From Planctomycetota bacterium (GTDB lineage Bacteria > Planctomycetota > UBA8108 > UBA1146): DNA of 64,000 nucleotides. A program made the position numbers and the translations under genes. Below, in pieces: positions 44,382-53,904 of the stretch; the first letter of the stretch is position 1, and each line of letters opens with the position of its first letter. Location of the stretch: positions 33,658 through 97,657 of the forward strand of contig PAIH01000044.1 of the NCBI GenBank assembly GCA_002711105.1, read 5' to 3'. Under the pieces are notes generated by a model, which was not told the DNA's origin, ran no database searches, and saw only the letters and a list, made by a program, of their open reading frames with translations.

Positions 44382-45655
44382 GATGAATCCTCGCCCTCTG
44401 CCCGATCTTCAAGCTGAAACAGCGATTCCAATCGTTGCAGAAAGCGCGGTTCTAGATCTTCTCCTTGCGATCTTAGATCTTCTGTTGGTTTGTGAAGAAC
44501 TCTCTTCACCAGTCTATGAAGTAGAACTCGCAAGTGCTCATGGGTCTCGGAATCAACCTCATCTTTGAGAAGTTCTAATTCCAAATCACAAGCTTCCTTC
44601 ATCGCATTTCGAAGCGCCAATAAAGCAGGTTCAGAACGGAGCCCACTAAGCCACAGCTCAAAGCGATGAGCTTCATGATCGACAATCTCTAGTGCTTCAG
44701 GAATGGCGTTACGACGCTCGTCCAGGTTTTCTTCAATGAGTCGGGCCAGGTCATCGAGATTATGCAAAAACACCTGTGGCAAATTACCGCAACCCGGTTC
44801 GATATCTCGAGGTAGTCCGAGATCGACGAGGAGTAAAGATTTTCGCCGGTTTACTATTTCGGCAGCCAGTTCTTTTTCTTTGAGGATGGGGGCCTGAGAT
44901 CCTGTCGAACAGATGACAACATCACTCTTGGAAACCGTAGCGGACAACTTATCCAGAGAACCCGCTTCGCCTCCAAACCTGGCTGCAAGAAGTTCGGCTC
45001 GTTCAGGACTACGATTTAAAATCGTTAATTTCTTATTCTTAACACCCTCCAAATTCTTCAATACTAATTCGGAGATTTCACCAGCGCCGATGATACCGAA
45101 ACTTAATCCATCTAAGGAACCGTGAATTTTTCTGGCTATTCTGAGGGCACCATAGGCCACTGATAGAGCACCGTCGCCAAGGCGAGTCTCAGAACGCACT
45201 CGTTTCCCACAACGTAAAGCGCGTTCCCACAAACGCAGTATTACTTTTCCTGAAACCCCAGCTTCGTCCGAGAGCTCTTTTGCAACACGGACTTGTCCAA
45301 GAATCTCACTCTCTCCGATGATCTGACTTTCAAGCCCAGCAGCAACACGCACCAATCTCTTGACTGCTACTTTATGTGGATGAATGGCTGCACAGCGGAC
45401 AGGAACGCGAAAACCACGTTCTTGCTGCCATGTCTCCAGGATTGAATCAAGAATCTCAAATCCGATGTGCGAGTTTTTTGCCAGGATGTATAGCTCAGTA
45501 CGATTGCAGGTGGAAAGCAGTAAGGCATCATCGATCTGGTAGCGATGTCGAAATTGTGAAAGGAACTGAATCGAATCCTCTCGCGAAAACGCAATCTTCT
45601 CACGCACCTCAATAGGTAAAATAGTGTGGTCCAACGCCAGACAGTTAATTTTCAT
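44378..45655 (-). CDS. hemA: Glutamyl-tRNA reductase
   Basis: 'STCNRTELY' catalytic-Cys motif. I chose the ATG at 45655 ('MKINCLALDH'), which forms an ATGA overlap with the upstream gene's stop. The longer track ORF is probably an artefact. Confidence 0.9.
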   Translation of the reverse strand: MKINCLALDHTILPIEVREKIAFSREDSIQFLSQFRHRYQIDDALLLSTCNRTELYILAKNSHIGFEILDSILETWQQERGFRVPVRCAAIHPHKVAVKRLVRVAAGLESQIIGESEILGQVRVAKELSDEAGVSGKVILRLWERALRCGKRVRSETRLGDGALSVAYGALRIARKIHGSLDGLSFGIIGAGEISELVLKNLEGVKNKKLTILNRSPERAELLAARFGGEAGSLDKLSATVSKSDVVICSTGSQAPILKEKELAAEIVNRRKSLLLVDLGLPRDIEPGCGNLPQVFLHNLDDLARLIEENLDERRNAIPEALEIVDHEAHRFELWLSGLRSEPALLALRNAMKEACDLELELLKDEVDSETHEHLRVLLHRLVKRVLHKPTEDLRSQGEDLEPRFLQRLESLFQLEDRAEGEDSS

Positions 45656-46287
45656 TGCGCGTGAAACCCATAAATTGCAATCCACCCGATGATAAAAATG
45701 ACTCCGCAAAAGCCGAGCAATGATAGCCATGCTCTCACTGCCAACATCGACCCTGTTGACCGAGGAACCAAGGCAAGCAGGCCAAATACAAACCACAAAA
45801 CCAAGGTTACGACCACTTCTGGGTTCAGCAACTCGGAAACAGCCTGATTCATAAATAACGAAGTCGACAATGTCAAAGTGAGGGCTGCGGCCGCGATTCC
45901 GGTAGAAATCCTATTAAGTCGCGATAGTTCTTCCAGGGATGAAAGTCGCTGAAATAGAAAGCCGAAGCGGCCGTTCTTGATGGCATTGCAGAGCATGATC
46001 CAGAGTACTCCGTGAACACCAGCAATCGCGACTCCCGCCACTCCAACAAGAGCAGAAAAGGCGTGTATCGATGTCAGTGAATCGATGGACTGTTGGCGAT
46101 CCTCAGTCATTCCTAAACTGAAGCTAACACTGGCAATCTGAAGGATGAACACTAATAAAAAACTATAAATCAGAGTGGATCGATCCCCCGAGAACTTGAC
46201 TAAAAATAAATGGAGGACCGCAATACACCACGCCAACAGCGAGAAAGCCTCCCACTGACTGGCCACAGGGCAAGCTCCAACCTGCAC
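45652..46287 (-). CDS. Cytochrome c assembly (CcsA/HemX-like) integral membrane protein; the true start may be up to 63 codons upstream
   Basis: Multi-TM protein with 'IHAFSALVGVAGVAIAG...LSSLEELSRL' resembling the CcsA/HemX family. It lies directly upstream of hemA, as hemX does in other bacteria. Confidence 0.7.
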   Translation of the reverse strand: MQVGACPVASQWEAFSLLAWCIAVLHLFLVKFSGDRSTLIYSFLLVFILQIASVSFSLGMTEDRQQSIDSLTSIHAFSALVGVAGVAIAGVHGVLWIMLCNAIKNGRFGFLFQRLSSLEELSRLNRISTGIAAAALTLTLSTSLFMNQAVSELLNPEVVVTLVLWFVFGLLALVPRSTGSMLAVRAWLSLLGFCGVIFIIGWIAIYGFHAQ

Positions 46288-46476
46288 ACCCTGAAGAACC
46301 AGAGCCAGCAGATGTAATGAGGTAGTACCCCAGATCCAGTTGCTTATCGTCCCGGATCCTTTGGATTCACCGATGAGAACACGACGTTCTCCTGCAAGGA
46401 TGACCCCATACAGAACCGTCAGCAGGACAGCAAAGCCGTTGGTGAGGAACTCGATGGAGGCCTCTCTCCCACGCCG

Positions 46477-48051
46477 CTATCTGTCAAGAGCGGCGATGAT
46501 CTCGTTTTCCAGGCCGGGGAAAGAGTTCATGTAGTCGAGTCGCTCCTGGCGAATTCTCTCAACGTGAGCCATGTACTCGTCGCCACGCCCCTGCTCATGG
46601 TACAGGAAACGAGGTTCGAGGATTCCACGATCTTCGGCATTGATTCCAGGAACCTTCGTTGCGATCTGGTAACCGAAATCAGGATCTTCTTGCCAAGAAA
46701 TCGTACCCTCGGCGATTCCCTTCACGATGGCACTAGAGTGACTGATCCGGACCTTTTGGGAACGATCGTCAGCATCGGGTCCGCCAACCCGACCAGTGTT
46801 CATGAGGAATACATCCATCGGGTGACTTCTGAGTAACTCCAGGAAGCGATTTCCCTGCTGGGAATGAAGTAGGGGGAAGAAAGGATTGGTACCAGGTACC
46901 CGGAGGAACTTACCCTCCTCATCCTTACCGCCAGCACTGGTGCCCTGAGTCTCTCCAAGCATGAAGTAAGCTGCGGCCTGCTTGGCATCGAGTTTGCAAA
47001 CCCCAGGAATGATGTTCTCGTTTCGATTCAAGATCAGAAGGAAATCGGCTTTGGGAACTTCTTGAGCGTCGATGGCGCCGGAGATGTCCTGCATACGGAT
47101 CACTGCGCGACCATTTTGGGTGTAAGACTCATCGAAGAAATCAACGTCACCAGATTCCTCCTGAGCAACATTCTCCAGATAGGACTCGCCACGACAGACT
47201 GCCGCATGAATGGTCGGTTCGTCATCGGAGGAAAGAGCAAAGGTCTTTGCAAAACAACCATTTTCTGTCCCCTGGATGGTCCCATCCTCCATCAGAGCAA
47301 CAAAGTCGTCCTGTACAGGACCCGACCCGTTCTGACGAGTAAATGTGGTCGTCGTTTTTCCTGTTCCACTCAGGCCTACAATGAGCGCTACCTTCTGCTC
47401 ATCACCAACCGGAATCATCTTACATCCAGCGTGAAGAGCTAATCCCCCCTGACCATAGATCTTCGAGTTCCACATCCGGAGCCCACCCTTTTTCGATTCT
47501 CCGAAATAATCGGAGTTCATCACGCGGGTCAGGCCTGCTTCAAGATCGACAGAGATACAACGTTCATCCGGATAGCCTTCAGCCACAACACTGGGTGTAT
47601 AAATGACTGTCAATTGCGGTTCCCACGCATCGTCTTCACTACCGTCGAGCGGGTAATAGAGCAGATTTTGCATCGCCGCAATGTTGGCGTAAGCCTTCTC
47701 CATCCAGAGGCGAGCGGCGGTTCGATACCTTGGATGATTACCAATGTACCCATCGATGCAGATCATCTCGGCATTTTTGACAAAGTCGTCTTGCAATACT
47801 GCCAGTCTCTCACCCTCTTTACGGGAGATGCATTGATCACTGTGCAATGACTGGTTGTCATCGATGATATATGTCGATTTCTTGGAACGAGAATCGACCT
47901 CGGTATGAACATTGTAGTTGTCAAATTTAGTGAGACGTGCATTTGGCATCTTCGCAGTCAGCTCGCGCAAGAACTCCGCGGTGGGACGAAAAATCGTCTC
48001 CCTCGGTTCGATCTTGATTCGATTCAAGGTGGCCATGCCTCTCCTTTTCAA
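46477..48051 (-). CDS. pckA: Phosphoenolpyruvate carboxykinase (ATP)
   Basis: Kinase-1a motif 'GLSGTGKTT'. ~524 aa. Confidence 0.85.
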   Translation of the reverse strand: MKRRGMATLNRIKIEPRETIFRPTAEFLRELTAKMPNARLTKFDNYNVHTEVDSRSKKSTYIIDDNQSLHSDQCISRKEGERLAVLQDDFVKNAEMICIDGYIGNHPRYRTAARLWMEKAYANIAAMQNLLYYPLDGSEDDAWEPQLTVIYTPSVVAEGYPDERCISVDLEAGLTRVMNSDYFGESKKGGLRMWNSKIYGQGGLALHAGCKMIPVGDEQKVALIVGLSGTGKTTTTFTRQNGSGPVQDDFVALMEDGTIQGTENGCFAKTFALSSDDEPTIHAAVCRGESYLENVAQEESGDVDFFDESYTQNGRAVIRMQDISGAIDAQEVPKADFLLILNRNENIIPGVCKLDAKQAAAYFMLGETQGTSAGGKDEEGKFLRVPGTNPFFPLLHSQQGNRFLELLRSHPMDVFLMNTGRVGGPDADDRSQKVRISHSSAIVKGIAEGTISWQEDPDFGYQIATKVPGINAEDRGILEPRFLYHEQGRGDEYMAHVERIRQERLDYMNSFPGLENEIIAALDR

Positions 48052-48262
48052 ATACTAGACTGTCGATCTCAACTGTGGCCAACAATGGAACTAGGCTACC
48101 ATCGGGCTCCTGGACAGCACACCAAAGTGAAAGGAATCATGAAAACTCAAAAAGTCGTCCAAACAGGTCCATGCCACTCATCTGAGGGACTTTGGGCTTC
48201 CGCGGCATCAAACCTGCATCTCGCAAAGTGCCTCAATTGAGATGTAATCGACAGCTCAGATT

Positions 48263-48517
48263 CTAGTCACTTCCCGCCCAGGAGACCTCCGGGCAGCGCT
48301 CATCCGCCAGGTCAGCGGTTTCAGGATCGACTCCATCTCGAGGACTACATTTCTTGAGAATAGTGAGCGCCTCCTCTAGAGAATCCCACTGCCCTTTCAA
48401 CCGTGCGTCTTTTCGGCAAACCGGCGGGAAATCGATCCTCCAGGCCACCTCGCCTTTTCCCATCGAAACTGAGGTGACCTTCAGTCCACCTTCTGCGTGA
48501 CTAGTCATCTTCGCCAT
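48263..48517 (-). CDS. Hypothetical small protein
   Basis: 84-aa ORF with no motif. Confidence 0.3.
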   Translation of the reverse strand: MAKMTSHAEGGLKVTSVSMGKGEVAWRIDFPPVCRKDARLKGQWDSLEEALTILKKCSPRDGVDPETADLADERCPEVSWAGSD

Positions 48518-48712
48518 GCCTTTCAGGAAACTTCATCAGCGGATTCGTCAGACTGGCTCTTTGCCGGCCCCGCCTGATACATGAGATATTATTCGAGGAA
48601 GGCTCCGCCCCAAACCATTTCTGCGGCCTACTTGCCCCTTGCATGAATCGCAGTCAACATCCCCCTTCCCTAACAGACGTTAGTGTAATGGCACAGATTC
48701 CTCGGAGTTCAC

Positions 48713-49570
48713 ATGCCCCTGTACGATGCGCTGATTCTCGATCTGGACGGTACTTTACTTGAAGATACGGGAAATATCGCACCTCGCACTCGCAATGCCC
48801 TACGTCGAATTTCTGACCAAGGGATACATGTGATGATCGCAACGGGGCGATCGGAACAATCCGCAAAACCAGTGATCGAGGATCTGGGTATTCTCAATCC
48901 GACCCTTATCTACAACGGCGCAGCCATCTGGTGCCCAAAAGAACAACGGCTCCTGGAAGAACGGAACCTGTCCGGCGAACATCTTGAATGTCTGCTCCGC
49001 TACGCCGAGACCGAAAAGCTTCTTCCGGTAGTCATGTGTGCTGGATCGAAGCGCGCGCTCTCTCCTCGAAGTGAAACTCTCAATTATGCTCTCCACGATA
49101 TGAAATACATCGAGATCGTCCCCGAGTCTGAAATGCGTATCGACCGTCCGATTCGACTTTCTCTCTTCTCTGATCGACATCAGGACACGGAAAGCTTTGC
49201 CAAAAAGGTGCGCGAACTATCTCCAACCGAAGTCTATCTAACATGGTTCCCCCTCAATCTGCTGCCATCACATCGCGATAGCCCACTCCAGGTTGTCGAT
49301 GTGCAACCACAGTGCGATGGAAAAAGAGAGGCACTTCGTTTCCTTCAAGAAAACAACGGCATACCTCCTGATCGTTGTGTCGCGATAGGCGATGCCCCTA
49401 ATGATATTCCGATGGTCGAAGCTGCTGGGTTGGGTGTTGCGATGGGAAATGGAATGGATGAGTTGAAGGCAAAAGCAGATCGTGTCATTGGATCCAACAA
49501 TAGTTCTGCGATCGCAGAACTGGTCGATGAGCTATGGCCTGGAAAATCTACAGCTGAAGAAACTTCTTGA
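48713..49570 (+). CDS. HAD-IIB (Cof-type) phosphatase
   Basis: 'LILDLDGTLL' motif I and 'GDAPNDIPM' motif IV. Confidence 0.85.
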   Translation: MPLYDALILDLDGTLLEDTGNIAPRTRNALRRISDQGIHVMIATGRSEQSAKPVIEDLGILNPTLIYNGAAIWCPKEQRLLEERNLSGEHLECLLRYAETEKLLPVVMCAGSKRALSPRSETLNYALHDMKYIEIVPESEMRIDRPIRLSLFSDRHQDTESFAKKVRELSPTEVYLTWFPLNLLPSHRDSPLQVVDVQPQCDGKREALRFLQENNGIPPDRCVAIGDAPNDIPMVEAAGLGVAMGNGMDELKAKADRVIGSNNSSAIAELVDELWPGKSTAEETS

Positions 49571-49571
49571 A

Positions 49572-50555
49572 CTAGATTTCTTTTCCGGTGTAGAGGCCCG
49601 CCACTTGTTCGGCATACCCGTTATAGAGGAGTGTTGCTCTCCTTCTTCCCGTCCCGATGTCTCGCTCCATCGCCTGACTCCATCGGGGGTGTGGCTTTGA
49701 CGGGTCGACATTGGAGAAGAAACCGTATTCTCTCGGGAGTGCCTGGTTCCAGAAGGTTCCCGGGCGCTTCTCGGTGAACTCGATTCTGACGATGGATTTT
49801 GGTGACTTGTATCCGTATTTCCAGGGCACCACGACACGCCAAGGAGCTCCATGTTGCATCGGTAATCCGTGTCCAAAGATACCAACGCAGACCATCGCAA
49901 GATCGTGTCGAGCTTCGTCAAGACGAAGAGCCTCGAAATAAGGCCAGGGCCATTGCTTGTCCATTTGGCCCGGCAGTCGATCTTCATCCAGAATCGTTAC
50001 GAAGCGGATGTACTTGGCTTTACCCAGAGGCTTACACCGATCAATCAATTTACTCAGTGGATATCCGATCCACGGAACTTGCATGGCCCAGGTCTCGACA
50101 CAGCGGAACCGATAAACTCTCTCTTCGAGCGGAGCCAGCTTCAGCAGATCCTCAAAATCAAGGGTAAAGGGTTTCTCAACATCCCCGGCAATCTCGATCT
50201 TCCACGGATCGACCTTGAAGTTTCGGGCCATTCTCCAGACTCCGGATTTCTTGGTCGTGAACTCGTAGAAGTTGTTATATACAGAGGCGATCTTCTCCGG
50301 AGTGAGAGTGCGCGGTTCGATGGTGTATTTCTCTGATCTCTTGGCTGGAAACAATTCCTTACCCAGATCACCGATGGCAGCACGAAAGGCCTCGCTGGTA
50401 TCAACCTGACCGGCCAAGGTTCCGGACATCCCACTGAGCCAGTTGACTAAACCGAGTGTCGAAAGACCGACAACTCCCAGTCCCATACCCCGGATGATGG
50501 TTCTTCGATCAAGATAGTGACCCTCAGGAGTGCTGGAGCTCTGATCTTGAACCAT
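49572..50555 (-). CDS. msrP: Molybdopterin-dependent protein-methionine-sulfoxide reductase catalytic subunit (YedY/MsrP-like)
   Basis: Tat signal 'DRRTIIRGMGLGVVG' and 'YNNFYEF' motif. I chose the ATG at 50555 because AAGGA lies upstream. Confidence 0.8.
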   Translation of the reverse strand: MVQDQSSSTPEGHYLDRRTIIRGMGLGVVGLSTLGLVNWLSGMSGTLAGQVDTSEAFRAAIGDLGKELFPAKRSEKYTIEPRTLTPEKIASVYNNFYEFTTKKSGVWRMARNFKVDPWKIEIAGDVEKPFTLDFEDLLKLAPLEERVYRFRCVETWAMQVPWIGYPLSKLIDRCKPLGKAKYIRFVTILDEDRLPGQMDKQWPWPYFEALRLDEARHDLAMVCVGIFGHGLPMQHGAPWRVVVPWKYGYKSPKSIVRIEFTEKRPGTFWNQALPREYGFFSNVDPSKPHPRWSQAMERDIGTGRRRATLLYNGYAEQVAGLYTGKEI

Positions 50556-50690
50556 CGCCTGATTTCCTTTCTCAAAAGACACGGAACACGAACCCGCAAT
50601 CGCTGTCCTGGGTCTCCAGGCTATCTCATCATCTTGTATGCTCAAGCCAACAGAAGACCGTGAATCGGCTTTCTTTCCGAGTTGACGAAA

Positions 50691-52013
50691 CTAGTCGCCA
50701 ATCGGTTCCGAGGTGGTAGAGGCCACCTCAAGAGGGAGACGTACCGTCATGACCTGGGTTCCACCTTTTACCCCCGTGGCGGTCCACGCCACGACCACAG
50801 CTCCCTTCGATATCGCTACGAGCCTCGGATAGCCACTACTTCTACCAGAAGAGATCTGGGCAATCCGATGTGAGGAACCCAGAGGTTTTCCAGGTATCCA
50901 GCGTCGGACTCGCACTGCTGCGCCCTCTCCCTCTCGTTCAATCCAGCACACCACATAAGAACCGTCGGTAAGGCCTGCCAGATCCACGCGACCTATCGGT
51001 CGCCCGTCATCAAGACGCTGGGGTTTCGACGATTCTGTCACGGAACTATCCGACATGAGCATCCCCAGCACCGCTCCCTGCGGCGAAGGCTTGCCCAGCA
51101 CCCGCTCAGCCCCAGTGAACCAAACAACTGCACTACTACCGGCAGCGCGGGCAATCGCAGGGCCATTAACAGGACACCCTTCCTGTACCCAGTCATCCTC
51201 GTGAACCAAACCGCGAGCGGAGATCTCGCCATCCGAATCTTTCAGCCAAGAGATGTCGCGAACTTCGAGAAAATCTCGATCCCGATATACCAGCAATACT
51301 TGCTTTTCATCGACAACAACGTCAAGCGGACAGCAATCGCATACCCGGTCATCGAGCAACCGATCCGTTCCCCTGTTGCCATCTGCTTCAATAACCGTTG
51401 CTCGTAAAGTCATCGCTTTTCCCGAATTACCAGCCATCGCCCGACCATCTAGCCAGGCGAGATAAAACTGATCGCCCATCGACCGTAGTGCTACAAAGCC
51501 ATGTTCTGTTGGAGAGGTATCCCTGTGAGGAATGATCGGGTCACCCCAGGTTCTGCCTCGATCACGAGATATGCTGACCTTGACCCCGTATGAATAGGTC
51601 TCGGCAGAGATCCGGTCTAGCCAGTGAACAGCTATGGTTCCATCGTCAAGCACCGCAGCCGAAGGAAAGTCTGCCCAGTTCACGAACCACCCTTTCCCCT
51701 GCGCTGCGGTCAGTGGCTCACTCCAACCATTCTGCTCCAACATGGCGATCTGAAGGCGATCCCCCTTGCCGCCAGGAACCGGTTCTACCCACGAAAGCAG
51801 TGCTTGACCGGCAGCATCTACGGTCAGATTAGGGAGTGCAGATCCAGGTAATGCAGAAACCCTCAGAGGTTCGACATTCAATGAAACTTCATCGCGCTTG
51901 GTCGCCTCATCGTCGAGGGCCCAAAGCAACGGTTCCTTGGCGACAAATCCGCCAAGGAGAAGCACAAGAAACACAAGAAGCTTTGATCGATTAATAACCT
52001 GCTGCATGACCAT
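50691..52013 (-). CDS. Secreted BNR/Asp-box (sialidase-like beta-propeller) protein
   Basis: Asp-box 'SRDRGRTW' (SxDxGxTW) and a signal peptide 'LLVFLVLLLGG'. Confidence 0.6.
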   Translation of the reverse strand: MVMQQVINRSKLLVFLVLLLGGFVAKEPLLWALDDEATKRDEVSLNVEPLRVSALPGSALPNLTVDAAGQALLSWVEPVPGGKGDRLQIAMLEQNGWSEPLTAAQGKGWFVNWADFPSAAVLDDGTIAVHWLDRISAETYSYGVKVSISRDRGRTWGDPIIPHRDTSPTEHGFVALRSMGDQFYLAWLDGRAMAGNSGKAMTLRATVIEADGNRGTDRLLDDRVCDCCPLDVVVDEKQVLLVYRDRDFLEVRDISWLKDSDGEISARGLVHEDDWVQEGCPVNGPAIARAAGSSAVVWFTGAERVLGKPSPQGAVLGMLMSDSSVTESSKPQRLDDGRPIGRVDLAGLTDGSYVVCWIEREGEGAAVRVRRWIPGKPLGSSHRIAQISSGRSSGYPRLVAISKGAVVVAWTATGVKGGTQVMTVRLPLEVASTTSEPIGD

Positions 52014-53697
52014 CTTTTCTCGATTCGCTGGCACCAACCCACACTCCTTTTTCCGCATCCTTCATCACAGCTTGATATCCACCGAAGAGGCCCTTGCGAC
52101 TTCCAATTCGATGACCACGTTTTCGAAGTTCCTCGATCACCGCAGGAAGGAATCCTGATTCTAGAGCCACTTCCCCACCATCCTCCATGATGGAACCGGT
52201 CGGTTGAGAAGATCCCACGTGAACTACCCGTGGAGCATCGCCGGCTTCCTGTAGGTTCATTCCAAAATCGATGATGTTCATCAAAACCCACACCTGCGCC
52301 TGCGGCTGAGTCGCCCCCCCCATGACGCCAAAGGAAAGCCATGGTTCTCCAGCTCGAGTGACAAAGCCCGGGATGATGGTGTGGAAAGGCCGTTTGCCAG
52401 GAGCATAAACATTGGCGTGGCCATCCTCGAGGCAGAATAATTCGCCCCGGTCTTGCAAACCAAATCCGAGACCTGTCGGACAAACTCCACTGCCGATGCC
52501 ACGGTAGTTGCTCTGGATCAACGACACCATGTTGCCAGCAGAATCTGCCACTGAGAGATAAACCGTATCGCCGCGCTCGGTCTGGGGTCTTCCCGTGTCG
52601 ATTCTCTTCATCGCTTTGGCGGCATCGATCTTGTCGCGCATTTGATTGCCGTGTTCTTTGGAAATCAGCCGCTCCATCGGAACATCGTGAAAATCCATAT
52701 CGGCGTAATCTCGCGCACGATCTTCAAAGACAAGCTTCTTGGCCTCGATGAAGTGATGAAGGAGATCAGCACTGCCAAACCCCCACTGCTTGACTGGATA
52801 TCCTTCCATGATGTTCAGTAGTTCCAGCACTGCGATCCCCTGGCCATTGGGTGGTAGCTGCCACACTTCCACACCACGATAGCTGGTACTCACTGGATCG
52901 ATCCACTCACCCCGATGGGAGGCAAGATCTTCCACTGTGATGTAACCGCCGTGTTTCTGGATGAAGGAAGCGATCTGCTCTGCCACTCGATGCTCGTAGA
53001 ATCCGGAACGACCGTTGGCAGCGATCTCAGACAGAGTGCTGGCGAGGTTGGGGTTCTTCCACAACTCTCCCACGCCAGGCGCCTTGCCATCTGTAGTAAA
53101 AGTCTCACGAAACCCAGGTTGCTCCCCAAGCACCCGGGCACTGATCTGCCAATAATGAGCAATCAATTCGGTAACGGGAAAGCCTTCTCGGGCATGTCGG
53201 ATGGCAGGTGCCAGAACCTGATCGAGAGTTAGAGATCCAAACCGCTCGTGCAATTGGACCCAACCATCGACACAACCCGGAACTGAGATGGGAAGGGTTC
53301 CATGAGGGGGTATCTCCTTTTTCCCCAGAGCTTTAACCTCCTCGCGGAGTTTCTCCAACGAGAGCGAACGAGGAGATCGTCCAGAACCGTTAAATCCATG
53401 TAACTTCTTTTCCTTGGCATCCCAGACGATGGCAAACAAATCTCCTCCGATGCCATTGCCGGTCGGCTCCATCAACCCGAGGCATGCGTTGGCTGCAATA
53501 GCAGCGTCGACTGCACTACCTCCCGCCCTGAGGATTTCCAGAGCTGCTTCAGTAGCCAGGGGATGACTGGTAGCGGCCATGCCGTGGACGGCATAGACCT
53601 CTGAACGGGTCGCAAATGAACGACCGGTGATGCGATCTCCTCCGGAGATTCTCGCTGATATGCTCAATACCAAGAGGAACAGCACCAGGAATTTCAT
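51991..53697 (-). CDS. ggt: Gamma-glutamyltransferase
   Basis: 'GGDLFAIVWD' and the autoprocessing region 'GDTVYLSVADSAGNMVSLIQSN'. I chose the ATG at 53697, which gives the signal peptide 'MKFLVLFLLVLSISA'. Confidence 0.9.
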   Translation of the reverse strand: MKFLVLFLLVLSISARISGGDRITGRSFATRSEVYAVHGMAATSHPLATEAALEILRAGGSAVDAAIAANACLGLMEPTGNGIGGDLFAIVWDAKEKKLHGFNGSGRSPRSLSLEKLREEVKALGKKEIPPHGTLPISVPGCVDGWVQLHERFGSLTLDQVLAPAIRHAREGFPVTELIAHYWQISARVLGEQPGFRETFTTDGKAPGVGELWKNPNLASTLSEIAANGRSGFYEHRVAEQIASFIQKHGGYITVEDLASHRGEWIDPVSTSYRGVEVWQLPPNGQGIAVLELLNIMEGYPVKQWGFGSADLLHHFIEAKKLVFEDRARDYADMDFHDVPMERLISKEHGNQMRDKIDAAKAMKRIDTGRPQTERGDTVYLSVADSAGNMVSLIQSNYRGIGSGVCPTGLGFGLQDRGELFCLEDGHANVYAPGKRPFHTIIPGFVTRAGEPWLSFGVMGGATQPQAQVWVLMNIIDFGMNLQEAGDAPRVVHVGSSQPTGSIMEDGGEVALESGFLPAVIEELRKRGHRIGSRKGLFGGYQAVMKDAEKGVWVGASESRKDGHAAGY

Positions 53698-53904
53698 TTT
53701 CGCGTTTCTCCCGTCTGATCTTTTATGCCCAGGGTGAGACATCCTAATGGTGATAGAAGGAACACGAAAGCGAGGGAACCCGATACTCCCAGAGAGGTAT
53801 TGGCACTCAGCAGCAGAAATATGCCGCTGCAAGAGCGTCAACAGTGGTTCAATCTCCAGCGGTGGCTTATTCTCCCTGTCACCAAACCGCTAGCAGGAGC
53901 TGTA

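Noticed and set aside
45656-45796. N-terminal extensions of track ORFs: hemA to 45796, hemL from 53725, ggt to 53841, msrP to 50645, P1 to 14465 (TTG) and P2 to 29687 (GTG).
   Set aside because: Internal ATGs give canonical N-termini or signal peptides. They have Shine-Dalgarno-like sequences or stop/start overlaps, and they remove implausible overlaps with neighbouring genes.
49572-50555. The absence of an msrQ (haem b membrane partner) next to msrP, as a possible anomaly.
   Set aside because: A partner could be encoded elsewhere, and YedY-like molybdoenzymes without an adjacent MsrQ occur. One window is not enough to call this unusual.
51878-52483. The 201-aa minus-strand ORF overlapping the 3' part of ggt in another frame, along with other out-of-frame ORFs within ggt, hemL, pckA and the 1104-aa gene.
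   Set aside because: They lie entirely inside well-supported conserved genes. Their translations are Arg/Ser/Gly/Trp-rich with no motifs.
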